Virus record (IMG/VR): IMGVR_UViG_3300037471_001740
Location: 1-64,000 of that record
Strand: one strand, 5' to 3'
Source of the DNA: a virus
Lineage: Duplodnaviria > Caudoviricetes
Length of the DNA stretch: 64,000 bases
Below the pieces are notes generated by a model. That model made no database searches, was not told the origin of the DNA, and worked only from the letters and a program-made list of their open reading frames with translations. Positions 54,461 to 64,000 of the stretch are shown here, one piece after another. The first letter of the stretch is position 1, and each line of letters starts with the position of its first letter. The translations under genes were made by a program, and so were the position numbers.

Positions 54461-55453
54461 TTAGCCGAACATCTTCAGCAAGCCACCGCCAAGCGCCAAC
54501 CCGCCGCCGAGCAGCCCTGCGGCATTCGATCCGCCGCTTTGCGTCGACGTCGTGATGCCCTGCGAGCCGTTGCCAAGAGCACCCTGAAGCGCACTTTGCA
54601 GCACGCCCAATTGCTGGTACGGCGAATACGCCTGGTTGTACCACTGCTGATAGGCGCCGCTCAGCTGATTCTGGTCCGTCTGCTGCTGCGTCTGGCCTGC
54701 GCCGAGCTGCTGCTGATAGCCGTAGTAGCCAGCCTGATTCAGGCCCGGCGCGAGGCTCGCCGCGTTCAGTGCATTTCCCTGCGCATTCTGGTAGTTCTGG
54801 CTATTCAGCGCGTTCTGCGCTTGCGTCGCGTTCAGGTTGTTCGACTGGTTCGCGAGGTTCGTCTGCGTGTTGAGCGCAGCCTGTTGACCAGCCGCCTGCT
54901 GCGTGTTCGCGTACGCGTTGCCACGCAGTTGCGACTCGACATTCGTCAGGTCGTTAGCGAGATTCGTGTTCTGCTGATCCTGATACTGCTGCATCGCCGA
55001 GCCGCCGAACGCGCCAGCATTGCGGAACTGCGCCATCGTCTGAGCCGCAGTGCCGTTCTTATACTGGTTCGTCAGATCCGTTTGCGCCTTGTTGACCTGC
55101 GCGTCGAGATACGGATTCTCCATCGTCGCATATGGATTCTGCGACGCCTGCACATTCTGGCCGATGTACTGGTTCGACGTTTGATATGGGGTGCTTGCGT
55201 TATTCACCGCGCCCTGCACGGCAGAATTCGCAGCGTTCAACGTCGGATTCTGCTGGCCTGCGAGATTGTTGATTCCGTTGATCGCGCTTTGCTGGCCACC
55301 AGTGAGCCCGGCGACGAGCTGACCGCCGTATTGCGGCATCTGCTGGTTGGAAAGATCGGCACCACGCGTCAGGATCTGCTGCGCATAAGGCTGTGCGTAT
55401 CCCGGGAGTTCTGTGGTCTGAGTTTGCGAACCACCGCCGCCGCCACCGCTCAT
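54461..55453 (-). CDS. Ejection protein (P22 gp7-like position)
   Basis: MSGGGGG start, Gln/Asn-rich body, C-terminal GLLGGGLALGGG. Confidence 0.8.
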   Translation of the reverse strand: MSGGGGGGSQTQTTELPGYAQPYAQQILTRGADLSNQQMPQYGGQLVAGLTGGQQSAINGINNLAGQQNPTLNAANSAVQGAVNNASTPYQTSNQYIGQNVQASQNPYATMENPYLDAQVNKAQTDLTNQYKNGTAAQTMAQFRNAGAFGGSAMQQYQDQQNTNLANDLTNVESQLRGNAYANTQQAAGQQAALNTQTNLANQSNNLNATQAQNALNSQNYQNAQGNALNAASLAPGLNQAGYYGYQQQLGAGQTQQQTDQNQLSGAYQQWYNQAYSPYQQLGVLQSALQGALGNGSQGITTSTQSGGSNAAGLLGGGLALGGGLLKMFG

Positions 55454-55866
55454 GATTTGATTTTCCTTTGATAGACAGTTTCGCGAACGGAGAAGCTGTA
55501 TTTCGGAGCGGTCTTGGACCAACCGCGCCGCGTTGTGCTGAAGGTGACGGTTCGGGCGTTGATGATGCGTGCGATGTTGTCGAGTTCGTCGCTGAACTCG
55601 GCCATTACGTCGACATCCGATCGCGCGTGAAGCAGCCAGATATGCAGCCGCGTGCCGTCGAAGTCGTTAATCTGTCTGAGCACGACGAAGCCAACCTCTT
55701 CGTCATCGATCACGACGAGATAGAGCGTCGCGCCGCCCTGCCTGAGCGTGCAGTACACGTCCTCGACAATCCAGCCGTCGGGCGATTCGATCGACGCCAT
55801 GCCGGCGCGCAGGCGCGGCCATACCGCGCCGACTTCCATCGGCGCTACGGGTTTGAGTGCTCGCAT
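55450..55866 (-). CDS. GNAT-fold virion assembly protein
   Basis: Position between nozzle and ejection genes; T.RRGW motif. Confidence 0.65.
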   Translation of the reverse strand: MRALKPVAPMEVGAVWPRLRAGMASIESPDGWIVEDVYCTLRQGGATLYLVVIDDEEVGFVVLRQINDFDGTRLHIWLLHARSDVDVMAEFSDELDNIARIINARTVTFSTTRRGWSKTAPKYSFSVRETVYQRKIKS

Positions 55867-55869
55867 TGA

Positions 55870-56190
55870 TCAGTTACCGGTGAGAGATCGGCATTGAACC
55901 CACGTCCCCGGCGTTCCCGCCGCGACGCATATCCAGCCTGTGATGACGTATTTCGAGCCAGCCGAACCCAGTTCGGTGACTGCGCTGTTGCGGATGAAAT
56001 CGCTCTGCTGATAAGTGCCAGCCGTTGGGGCACCAGTACTCGCGTTCGTTGTCGCAGACACGTGGCCTTCGCTCAGGTTGTTGAGCTGATCGGCGATGTT
56101 TCCCAGGATCTGCTTGACCTTGAAAACGAGATCGGAGCCGAACCTGTCATTAGTTGGCGCTTGAGGTAGCTGTGGTTTCTGGATCCTCAT
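55870..56190 (-). CDS. Small tail protein
   Basis: G.PTAGTY..GD.I.N and GWICV.AGTPGTW trimeric fibre-like motifs. Confidence 0.7.
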   Translation of the reverse strand: MRIQKPQLPQAPTNDRFGSDLVFKVKQILGNIADQLNNLSEGHVSATTNASTGAPTAGTYQQSDFIRNSAVTELGSAGSKYVITGWICVAAGTPGTWVQCRSLTGN

Positions 56191-57644
56191 GCCTGACCAT
56201 CCGGAATGAGTTTTGGCGTGTAGCCGATCAGTTCGCAGTCGCCCTGGAACGTCATCAGCCCGCGGTGATAACGGTCGGATACGTCAACATCGAACTTTCC
56301 GTCGGCGTAGGTCGAACTCACGCCGGGCGTGAATGTGCCGCCGAGCGTGTCGCGATGTTGCGTGGTCATCGTCGCCGACGACGGGTCTTGAGCACACCGC
56401 AGCCGCACGTATTGCAGCAGCGAATATTCTTCGTCGTCGCCGAAATCGCCCGTCATCAGGCTCGATTGCCCCGCGGAGCCGGTCAGCGTCTGGATCGTGT
56501 GCGTGGTGTCGATGATCGACGGCTGCAGCGCGACGCTCGTCCAGAAAGGCGAATCCCACGGCACCTGTGGCAGGTCTTGCCATTCGTTCGCGAGAGAGCC
56601 GAGACCGGTCCACGTGATCTGGCCGTTGATGAAATCGACCGCACACTCGATCGCACGGTTCGCGCGGCCCCAACGAGCCGTCTTGTAGTTGTAGACGACA
56701 GCGCTGTCGATCGCGCCATCGCTCTGATTGCTGACGTAGTACCAGTAGACAAGACTGTTGCTGCGATCGTGTACGCTGCGCACAACCTGCGTGTATTTCG
56801 GGTTCTGGTTGCGGAAGAACCAGTTTTTGATCTGATCTCCGATCGGCACCGGGCGCGTGCCGTCGAAGACATAAAAGTTGTCGTTGCCCAGGAACAGATG
56901 CGCGGTTCCGATGGAAACGACAGCCTCCTGACACGGTGCGCCGATCTGGTTCGAGATCACATTGAATGCCCAGATGATCGGCGGTCCCTGATACGTGCCG
57001 TAGTACATCGAGGTCTCTTTGTAGACAACGATGTCGGGCCCGAGCGCGCGGCCGGCGCGAATATCACCAGGCGTGTCGACGATACGGCCATTCGCACATT
57101 GCGTGGCCTCACTGGGCGTCCACACCGTATGATCGTAGAGACCGCTGTTCCACCATCCATCCGGGCGCACGCCATATGTCGGGTCGCTGGTATCGAACAG
57201 GAAAACGAAGCCGGCGACAACTTCGACGATGGCTGCTTTCGGCGCGCCTGCGATGTCAGCGAATACACCCGTCTGGCTCGCCTGCAACACATCAGCGTTG
57301 TTCGTCGCGAGCGTTTCGTTACCGAACTGCGCGAATCTCCATGTTCCACCAACCGGCGTCGTGTACGGCCCGCTCGCTCGCGTGACGTCGTTCCATGCGC
57401 CCGAGCCTTCCTCGTACAGCTTTGTCGTCGTGCCGACGATGAGCCGCTTCGTGTTGTCGAGCTTTACGAGCGTCGATCCACCTAGCGCAGCGGACGAAAG
57501 AGCAGGCATGCCAGCACTCACTGGCGATGCAGCCGCGCGCATGCCGCGAATCGAAGGAATGAGCGCAGCGCAATCCAGAATGACGCCGGGCGTCGTGGGG
57601 TCCAGATCGGGCGCGAAGCCGATGAATGCCTGTCCGCCAGCCAT
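56187..57644 (-). CDS. Tail nozzle/stabilisation protein (P22 gp10/T7 gp12-like)
   Basis: Beta-propeller-like repeats; follows the adaptor. Confidence 0.8.
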   Translation of the reverse strand: MAGGQAFIGFAPDLDPTTPGVILDCAALIPSIRGMRAAASPVSAGMPALSSAALGGSTLVKLDNTKRLIVGTTTKLYEEGSGAWNDVTRASGPYTTPVGGTWRFAQFGNETLATNNADVLQASQTGVFADIAGAPKAAIVEVVAGFVFLFDTSDPTYGVRPDGWWNSGLYDHTVWTPSEATQCANGRIVDTPGDIRAGRALGPDIVVYKETSMYYGTYQGPPIIWAFNVISNQIGAPCQEAVVSIGTAHLFLGNDNFYVFDGTRPVPIGDQIKNWFFRNQNPKYTQVVRSVHDRSNSLVYWYYVSNQSDGAIDSAVVYNYKTARWGRANRAIECAVDFINGQITWTGLGSLANEWQDLPQVPWDSPFWTSVALQPSIIDTTHTIQTLTGSAGQSSLMTGDFGDDEEYSLLQYVRLRCAQDPSSATMTTQHRDTLGGTFTPGVSSTYADGKFDVDVSDRYHRGLMTFQGDCELIGYTPKLIPDGQA

Positions 57645-57645
57645 G

Positions 57646-58239
57646 TCAGCCGTTCTTCATCGTGAGCGCCGAGCCGGAATACTGGCTCGACTGGTCGTTG
57701 TCTTCGAGATCCTGCAGCGCCGTGGTAAGCGCAGCGGTCCAGACAGCAATGCGGTCATCGTTCTTGATATACGGCTCGGCCTCGAGCAGCGACGCATATA
57801 GATAGACGTCTGGAGCGTCTTCGAGCAGCCAGTTCGACGTGTTCGAATCGCTCAGCGCTTCGATCTGCTGGTAGTAGTGCAGCGTGAACTTCGTCACACT
57901 GTCGACAGCAGTAAGCAGCCAGATACGATTGCCGGCGATCGTGTATTCGTTGCCGTACCCGCGATCTTCCATCCACTGCTCAGCGGAATCCTCCGAGCGG
58001 AAATCCAGCTTCTGATCGCCATACGTGAGGCGAATCGCTTCGTTATAGTCACCCGGCAGAGTGACGAACTGTTGCGTCGGCGTGACCGTGTACCAAGTGC
58101 GCATCTGTCGCACGCGGATCTTCCGGTTCAGACGCGCTTCGGCGAGCGCAATGAAATCGGGCGCTGCGTCGGACAGGTTGTTGCGCTTCAGCCAGCGCGC
58201 GACGGACGCTTGAAGGTCGGCATACGAAGAGAACGGCAT
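57646..58239 (-). CDS. Head-tail adaptor protein
   Basis: FIALAEARLNR, SNWLL...PD.YLYASL..A motifs. Confidence 0.85.
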   Translation of the reverse strand: MPFSSYADLQASVARWLKRNNLSDAAPDFIALAEARLNRKIRVRQMRTWYTVTPTQQFVTLPGDYNEAIRLTYGDQKLDFRSEDSAEQWMEDRGYGNEYTIAGNRIWLLTAVDSVTKFTLHYYQQIEALSDSNTSNWLLEDAPDVYLYASLLEAEPYIKNDDRIAVWTAALTTALQDLEDNDQSSQYSGSALTMKNG

Positions 58240-58532
58240 TAGACGCGGCCCTCCCAGACACGGAACGCAGCCAGCGCAGAATCGTTAAGCATTGCCTTCG
58301 CGTGCTCGGGGTTCGACATCCACTCGTCGAACGTGATGCCCTTCTCGTTGCAGTAGCGTTCGACAACGACCATAGGGAAGCGGGCCGCATGCCGCATTTC
58401 CTTGTCGCCGTGCAGGCCTTCGTTACGCAACGCGGTCGCATGGTCGACGAGCGAATCGCAATCCTGAACGCGCTCGACGATGGACGTGTCCGTGTCCTGC
58501 TGATAGTGGAAGCGCGTGAATACCCGGCTCAT
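58239..58532 (-). CDS. Conserved podovirus hypothetical protein
   Basis: A..P..VV, LND...AFRVWEG motifs; in the head operon. Confidence 0.7.
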   Translation of the reverse strand: MSRVFTRFHYQQDTDTSIVERVQDCDSLVDHATALRNEGLHGDKEMRHAARFPMVVVERYCNEKGITFDEWMSNPEHAKAMLNDSALAAFRVWEGRV

Positions 58533-58533
58533 A

Positions 58534-58830
58534 TCAGCTGTCCTCAAGCGGGCTGACCTGAACAACACCGGCAGCGGCAACCTGAATCGCCGCGATCTTC
58601 GTGCAGCCAGCGACAGCGAGAATCACCGAGTCACCCGGCTGAACCATCAGATCACCTGCGGCAGCGACAGGCGTACCAGGCCCCACCTTCACGTAAGCGG
58701 CGACAGTCGCAGCGACGCGGACATATTTCGGCAGTGTGCCGTTCGACGTGTTCGGGATCGTTGCGTTGGCTGACGTCCCGCTGGTCGCGATCGTGATACC
58801 CGTCGCGAAAATCTGCATTGCCTTCGACAT
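58534..58830 (-). CDS. Small beta-rich structural (decoration-like) protein
   Basis: Follows the capsid gene; beta-strand composition. Confidence 0.7.
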   Translation of the reverse strand: MSKAMQIFATGITIATSGTSANATIPNTSNGTLPKYVRVAATVAAYVKVGPGTPVAAAGDLMVQPGDSVILAVAGCTKIAAIQVAAAGVVQVSPLEDS

Positions 58831-58842
58831 GGCTTCCCCAAT

Positions 58843-58871
58843 GAAAAAGGGCGCTCCGAAGAGCGCCCTTT
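58843..58871 (-). terminator. Terminator after the capsid gene
   Basis: AAAGGGCGCTC/GAGCGCCCTTT stem followed by TT. Confidence 0.8.
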
Positions 58872-58895
58872 GGCTACGCGGTTGCTACGTCGCGC

Positions 58896-59834
58896 TTACA
58901 GCAGATCGCGGATTGCGCCGCCCGACTTTTCCTGACCAGCCTCGAGCGTGTACTCGGTGATCAGCATGCGCTTTTCAGCGTCGCCGGTCTTCGCCAGCGG
59001 CACCGTGCGCATGGGGCGCAGGTACGACACCTTCCAGCGGCCCAGTTCGAGCACGAAGGCCGTGCGCGGACGCTGGAAGCGGTTCGGCACGGCCTTGATC
59101 GCGCCGAAGTCCGATTCGTACACGTCGATCGCTGCCGTCAGGTTGCGATCTTCGCCCTTGTCGAAACGGGTCGAGTTGCCGCTGAACGTCGAGAACGTCT
59201 GCTTCTGAGTGCCGCCAAGCATGATGACGTTCGGCTTGCCGCCCTGCGTCCACGCGAGCTGGATCACGTTCTTCAGCTGAGCTTCCGTGAAAGCGCGCTG
59301 CGTGCCGTCGGTCGGCGCGGTGTTCGTGTTGTAGTTCGGAGCAGCGCCGCCGGCGCCGAGGTCGTTGTTCGTCGCAACCCAGCCTTCGAGGCCGCGCAGC
59401 TGGCGAGCAACCGTCGACGAACCCGTAACCGTCGTCGTGTTCTGCGTCAACGCAAATTCCATGTCGCGCTTAAGCTCGAGGCCCTTCAGGCTGATCTGGT
59501 AGGCCAGTTCCTGCTTGCGACCCGCCGGGTCCATGCCGTCTTCCTGCGTGCCCGACACAATCACGGTCTTGCGTGAGATCTGCGTGCGGTTGTTCAGGCG
59601 GGCGGTAGGCGTAGTTGCGTCTGCGGTTGCGTCGTCGCCTTCGACCTGAGCGTTGTTGGCGGCAGCGGCGAGATCCTGCGTTTGCCACTCATGCAGGGTG
59701 CTCTTCGCCTTGTTCTTGCCGATGCCGCTCATAAACGGCACGTCCGTCGGCGCGATCCGATAGATCACGTCGGTCAGATCTTCACGGTTGCCGACGGCTT
59801 GGTACGTCTGCAGGGTATTAGTCGGTGCGGACAT
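58896..59834 (-). CDS. Major capsid protein (SU10/DUF5309-like)
   Basis: GNREDLTD.I..I.P.D.PF, HEWQT, N.TQI, ELKRDME and Y.SDFG motifs. Confidence 0.92.
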   Translation of the reverse strand: MSAPTNTLQTYQAVGNREDLTDVIYRIAPTDVPFMSGIGKNKAKSTLHEWQTQDLAAAANNAQVEGDDATADATTPTARLNNRTQISRKTVIVSGTQEDGMDPAGRKQELAYQISLKGLELKRDMEFALTQNTTTVTGSSTVARQLRGLEGWVATNNDLGAGGAAPNYNTNTAPTDGTQRAFTEAQLKNVIQLAWTQGGKPNVIMLGGTQKQTFSTFSGNSTRFDKGEDRNLTAAIDVYESDFGAIKAVPNRFQRPRTAFVLELGRWKVSYLRPMRTVPLAKTGDAEKRMLITEYTLEAGQEKSGGAIRDLL

Positions 59835-59848
59835 TTCGTATTCCTATT

Positions 59849-60838
59849 TCAGAGGAATTGGAGGATTGCATCAGCCCCCGACTCCACCGTGCCAGTCTGA
59901 GCGTGGCGTTTGATCGCCGCCGTGCGGCCGTCGCCAGGCTGAACTCCGTTACCGGGTCGTTCAGTCTTCGGCGGCAGCTTCTGGACACGTTGTGTCACTT
60001 GGGACTGCTGCTGCATCATTCGGTCGTACAACATCGCCTTGCGAGCCACCAGAATCACGCGGTGGTCGACGATGCCGTTGCGCTCCTGATCGCCGAATCC
60101 CGCATCACGCAGGAAGGTGTCGATCGCGCCGGCTTCGTCTTTCGCCTTGGCGGCGTCTTTCCAATCCGGAAGAGCGCCGAGCAGCTTGCCCTGCTCTTCA
60201 GCCGCGTAGGTCTGTTGCCGCTGAGCGGCTTCGGCCTGTTGCTGCTGGCTCAAATGGTTCTGCACGGCCATTGCATGGTTGATCTGCGCGACGCGCTGAT
60301 CCCACACATGCTTCTGGCGCACATACTCGGCCGGATCGGTTTGCAACAGGTGATCCCAGTTCGGCTGGTCCACCTGCAGGAGCTGCTGCAACTGCGGCAC
60401 GAACACGTCGAGAACCTGCTTGAGCTGCGCTCGCTCCTGTTGGAGTGGAGTGCGCTCAGCTTCGGCCTGCTGCCGTGCCAGCGTCGCCTCCTTCAGGCGC
60501 GCTTCTGCCGCTTCGGCTTTCTGGACCGTCGCGATCATCTCGCTGCGCGTGAGGGTGCGCTCCTGACCATCAACCTTGATGACGTACGTTTCCTCGTTCG
60601 CCGGGTTCTGAGTTTGCGCGTCGGGATGGACATTGGTGTCGTCCGTCGGCGTCTCTTCACCGGTAGATTGAGAACCGTCGACCAGCTCGGTCAAATGGCT
60701 CATTACTTCATCGTCTTGCCCTGCGTCTTCGCCGCTGTTGGCAAAATCACCGCCGCCAGCACCGGAGCCATCTTCAACTGCGCGGAACATGAATGCGCCG
60801 AAGTATCGGGCGAGCAACTTGAAAATATTCACTTCCAT
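59849..60838 (-). CDS. Scaffolding protein
   Basis: Acidic N-terminus, IKVDG.E..LT..E, coiled coil, DHR..L.ARKA.LYD. Confidence 0.85.
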   Translation of the reverse strand: MEVNIFKLLARYFGAFMFRAVEDGSGAGGGDFANSGEDAGQDDEVMSHLTELVDGSQSTGEETPTDDTNVHPDAQTQNPANEETYVIKVDGQERTLTRSEMIATVQKAEAAEARLKEATLARQQAEAERTPLQQERAQLKQVLDVFVPQLQQLLQVDQPNWDHLLQTDPAEYVRQKHVWDQRVAQINHAMAVQNHLSQQQQAEAAQRQQTYAAEEQGKLLGALPDWKDAAKAKDEAGAIDTFLRDAGFGDQERNGIVDHRVILVARKAMLYDRMMQQQSQVTQRVQKLPPKTERPGNGVQPGDGRTAAIKRHAQTGTVESGADAILQFL

Positions 60839-60892
60839 CTCCTGCACAGAGTCGTCGCCCCGTAGGGTGGAGTCGTCCGGCAACGGTTAATA

Positions 60893-60923
60893 GAAAAGCC
60901 CGCGGGATCGCTCCACGCGGGCT
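60893..60923 (-). terminator. Terminator before the scaffold gene
   Basis: AGCCCGCG/CGCGGGCT stem followed by TTTCT. Confidence 0.6.
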
Positions 60924-61105
60924 GACAGCAAAACTTGATACGAACTATTCGGCGTCCAGTTCGATGACTTCGCCGTTGTTGAACTGGTAGGCATGCGAGC
61001 CTTCTTCGACAGGCGCGCAACCGAACTCGCCATGCCACAGATCAGCAGCAGCGTCCGGATGCCATACACGAACGATCCTGCGATGCTTCTGTTCTTTCTC
61101 GACGC

Positions 61106-61432
61106 TCAGGAGGTGAAGTGCGAAAGCACCCCACCCATCTTTTCCTTGAGCCGTTCCATCCGGGTCTGCTCGTCGATCTGCAGGCGAGCCAACTTGCCCG
61201 TCTGCAACACCTGCGTCAGGTGCGATTCGAACTTTCCTACCAGCGCGTGCAGTTGCCATAGCTTTTCGCGCCCCTCAGAATCCCGTGCCGGGCTGTTGGC
61301 CCATGCTTCCTTGAATTCCGACCGGAGGGTTTCCATCGCCTCCAGCAGTAACGGGTGCTCCAACAGGTCCTGCGCCTGCCGGCCCCTGTCCGCTTCCAAT
61401 AGCAGGTTGGGCTGCTCCAGTTCCTGTTCCAT
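61106..61432 (-). CDS. Conserved post-portal helical protein
   Basis: A..LLE.P, W..S...D..GRE pattern; overlaps the portal C-terminus. Confidence 0.75.
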   Translation of the reverse strand: MEQELEQPNLLLEADRGRQAQDLLEHPLLLEAMETLRSEFKEAWANSPARDSEGREKLWQLHALVGKFESHLTQVLQTGKLARLQIDEQTRMERLKEKMGGVLSHFTS

Positions 61433-63548
61433 CCAGCACTCCGCTTGTCGATTGATAGGTGCGCACGAACGTCACGCCTTCGAGCGCCGGGTGAATCCCG
61501 TACTTGAACATCATTTCCTCACGCTGGAGGGCAATGTTCGCGTCGAGCTCTGCCTGCTTGCGCGCGGCTTCAGCGGCGTTTTGCGCCAACGTGTTCTGCT
61601 GCTTTTGCTGCAATTCCTGCATGTCGTACTGGTGCTGCATCTGGATCTTCACCAGTTCTGGGTCCGGCTTCGGCTGTTGAGGCGTCGCCGTCTTCGGGTC
61701 CGTAAAGAACTCGTCGGCGTTCTTGTAGCCGAGCGCGCCCGGGATCTTCTTCAGCGTGTTGTAGATGTTCCCGGGCGTCGCGACGCCGATCTGCAGTGCC
61801 TGCTGCTGCGCCTGGCCGAGGAACGTCAGATGCTGAATTACCTGCGATTTGTCACCGGTACCGAGGCCGACGTTCACAACCATGTCGTACTCGTTCTTCC
61901 ACGCACGCGGATCGACGTCGACCCACTTCTCACGCAGCTTGAGCGTCATCGCGCGGTCCTGGTACATGCTGAGCAGCTTCTGGATCATCCGGAACAGATC
62001 CTTCATGCCCGTCTCAGCCATCACACGTGCGATCAGCTTCACGCGCATGTCCGCGCGATTCGTGATGTTTTCGAGGCCGCCCTTCGTTTTGTTCAACGTG
62101 TCGGCGTCCGAGCCCTGCGTGTACTTCGTGATGCCCGTGCGGTCCTGCTTCGCGGCATCCGCGGCTTCGAGCGCCTGATACGCGCTGGCCGAGTCGGACA
62201 GACCCTGTTGCAGCGGCTGCACGGCGTCCAGCGTGTCCATGCGGACAATGCCTCCAGGGCGGTTCGTCAGCAAGTCATCGAGATTGACCTTGCCGTTGAG
62301 CACCTTCGTGCGCGCGTTCAGCTGGAAATAGATGTTGTCGAGGATGCCGCGCCAGATTGCCGTCTTCGTGCGCTGCGCTTCCATCGACAGATCGGCCAGC
62401 GACAGGCCGAACAGACGATGCGGCAAACGGATCGGCGTCCACGTCACGAACGGAGGACCGTCACATTCCACGTTGTCCAGCGTCGTGTTGCCGACGCGCG
62501 TCACCTTGCGCCATTCAGCAATGCCGTCACCGTCATAGTCGACCTGCACATACATCTCGTTGACCCACACCATGCGCTGCGTCGGGTCGAGATTGTCGTC
62601 GCTATCGTTGCCACTCCAGGCGTAGTCGTCATCCCACGACATGCGCTGGATGCGCTCGCCATTCAGGTCGCCGTCGCTGTCCGATGACAGGTTTTCGACG
62701 TTCTCATAGCCGCGAGCCGTCAGGTCAGAAAGCGTCGTTAGCTTCCGATGCCCGCATGGGCTATCGCCGATACGCTTGCATCGACGCGAAACGATGAACT
62801 CTTCGGGCGGCACGTTTTCGATGCACACGTGACCGTTCTTGCGCGTCCGCTTAAGTGTGAAGGCGTGCAGCGTCGGAATCTGCGACATGTCGGGCTGCTG
62901 CGGAGGCGGAGCATTGAACGGCTGACCCGCTGCCTGCGCCTGCGCTGCGGCCTGCTGATACTGTGCAACCTGCAACTCGTATTGCGCCTGCACGGCCTGT
63001 ATCGCGTTCATGTCCGGATACTCGGTGTGCTCGATCGGCTCGACTTCCGGATCCTGGAGAATCATCGACATCTGGATCAACGTCTGATCGCGGTATTCCT
63101 CGCGCGTCTCGTCGGTTTTCGCTTCCCACCAGACCTTCAGGAAACCGTTCTTTTGCAGCAAGCCGTCCTTGAGCCAGTCGTACAGGATCGCCCAGCCCGG
63201 GTTCTGCTGATAGAACACGTAGTTGCACACGTCCGTCGTCTGCTCGGCGGCTTCTTCCTGATCCTCGCGGCGTTCCTTGAACTCGACGACGTTATCACCA
63301 GCCGTGAAGATCTCCATCAGCGCCGGCAGAACCCATTCGATCGTGTCGGACACGTCCGTCGACACCACACGCGAGCGGCCCGGAATGTTGGGCGGTGCGA
63401 GATCCTCAACCGGCTCGCCGAGGTAGTAGTACTCCGACTTCCGGCGCATCTCCGAGAGCTTGCTGCCCGCGTACGCGACGGACTGGCGAATCTCGTTGTC
63501 AACGAGCGCACCCAGTTCGTCATCGGTCATTTTGGTCTTCGTGGCCAT
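61275..63548 (-). CDS. Portal protein (podovirus)
   Basis: YYLGEP, GRSRVVS.DV.DTIEW..P.L, DGLLQKNG.LKVWW motifs; Gln/Pro-rich barrel tail. Confidence 0.93.
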   Translation of the reverse strand: MATKTKMTDDELGALVDNEIRQSVAYAGSKLSEMRRKSEYYYLGEPVEDLAPPNIPGRSRVVSTDVSDTIEWVLPALMEIFTAGDNVVEFKERREDQEEAAEQTTDVCNYVFYQQNPGWAILYDWLKDGLLQKNGFLKVWWEAKTDETREEYRDQTLIQMSMILQDPEVEPIEHTEYPDMNAIQAVQAQYELQVAQYQQAAAQAQAAGQPFNAPPPQQPDMSQIPTLHAFTLKRTRKNGHVCIENVPPEEFIVSRRCKRIGDSPCGHRKLTTLSDLTARGYENVENLSSDSDGDLNGERIQRMSWDDDYAWSGNDSDDNLDPTQRMVWVNEMYVQVDYDGDGIAEWRKVTRVGNTTLDNVECDGPPFVTWTPIRLPHRLFGLSLADLSMEAQRTKTAIWRGILDNIYFQLNARTKVLNGKVNLDDLLTNRPGGIVRMDTLDAVQPLQQGLSDSASAYQALEAADAAKQDRTGITKYTQGSDADTLNKTKGGLENITNRADMRVKLIARVMAETGMKDLFRMIQKLLSMYQDRAMTLKLREKWVDVDPRAWKNEYDMVVNVGLGTGDKSQVIQHLTFLGQAQQQALQIGVATPGNIYNTLKKIPGALGYKNADEFFTDPKTATPQQPKPDPELVKIQMQHQYDMQELQQKQQNTLAQNAAEAARKQAELDANIALQREEMMFKYGIHPALEGVTFVRTYQSTSGVLDGTGTGAAQPAIGSGQGPAGAGPVGAPVTAGGDGNPPVGIQGSMGQQPGTGF

Positions 63549-64000
63549 TACGCGTGGTTCATGTCCGGATAGTTGATGGGTGCATATGCTTTAGGCTCTT
63601 CCCAGATCACGCAGCCAAGGCCGAAAGCATCGGCGCCGTGGCTTGCCCAATCGTGTTCAGGACCGAGCCCGATGTCCCGGTCCTTGTCGCGCTTTTCGTG
63701 GTACCAGCCCAATGCATCGCGTCCTGCTTCCGTCGTCTCGGCGTTAAACCGGATCTGCGGAAACAGCACGCGCGCGCGTTCAACACGCTGCATCGCTGCG
63801 CCCTTGCCCTGATTGGGAACGACAGTCACCGTATAACCAGCCGCCTTGAGCGCTGACTCGTACGAGACGTCATAGACCTTGTCCTGAGTCGCGCCGTCGT
63901 GCGGCAGCCAGAACTGCGCGCGATCGGGCGTGAAGCCTTTCAGGCGGCACCATGCCAGGTGTGCGTCAACAGGCTGGCCCTGGCTTTCGTAGTAATCGAC
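63548..64000 (-). CDS. terL: Terminase large subunit, C-terminal nuclease part (truncated by window)
   Basis: DYYE, LPHDG, G..AL..Y and HDWASHGADAFG motifs. Confidence 0.92.
   Translation of the reverse strand, partial: VDYYESQGQPVDAHLAWCRLKGFTPDRAQFWLPHDGATQDKVYDVSYESALKAAGYTVTVVPNQGKGAAMQRVERARVLFPQIRFNAETTEAGRDALGWYHEKRDKDRDIGLGPEHDWASHGADAFGLGCVIWEEPKAYAPINYPDMNHA

Larger units (their letters stand above)
42596..64000 (-). mobile_element. Prophage 2, podovirus-type (P22/BPP-1-like architecture); right part beyond window
   Basis: terL-portal-scaffold-capsid-adaptor-nozzle-ejection proteins-lysis-fibres; no tape measure or tail tube; begins right after the tRNA 3' end. Confidence 0.92.

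Noticed and set aside
55450-55866. GNAT-fold gene as a toxin or defence acetyltransferase
   Set aside because: Translationally coupled in the position normally occupied in podovirus morphogenesis clusters; no antitoxin partner.

Overview
The window is almost entirely two prophages in tandem and in the same orientation (late genes on the minus strand). They meet at one full-length tRNA-Arg(CCU) gene at 42521-42595. The host is probably a high-GC betaproteobacterium (Burkholderiaceae-like; inference from gene families). Prophage 1 (<1 to about 42.5 kb) is a lambda-like cos siphovirus. Right to left it carries: tyrosine integrase, a membrane cargo gene, xis, early genes with a ParB-like protein, a cI/cro/CII switch with readable operators and promoters, a primase-helicase with an inserted FtsK-gamma domain, a candidate origin, Q with pR'/tR', cos, terminase, portal, protease-capsid fusion, a full lambda-type tail with a -1 frameshift chaperone, a side fibre, a GH108 lysis cassette with two spanin-like pairs, and a left-end accessory zone. 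That zone holds a LexA box, a structured antisense-like element, a Dam-like methylase, an orphan GvpU and a STAS-like DUF4325 operon. Prophage 2 (about 42.6 kb to >64 kb) is a podovirus, truncated in terL by the window edge. It carries portal, scaffold, capsid, adaptor, nozzle, ejection proteins (one with an SLT domain), a SAR-endolysin lysis cassette, fibres and an Oac-like O-antigen acetyltransferase. Main highlights: (1) a candidate SOS plus antisense-RNA control unit on the methylase that resembles symE/SymR; (2) one tRNA flanked by two different integrase arm-site families; (3) a receptor-binding tip and chaperone shared by the siphovirus and the podovirus, next to oac; (4) several antisense morons at exclusion or defence hotspots. 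All family assignments are from motif recognition by eye; no database searches were run.
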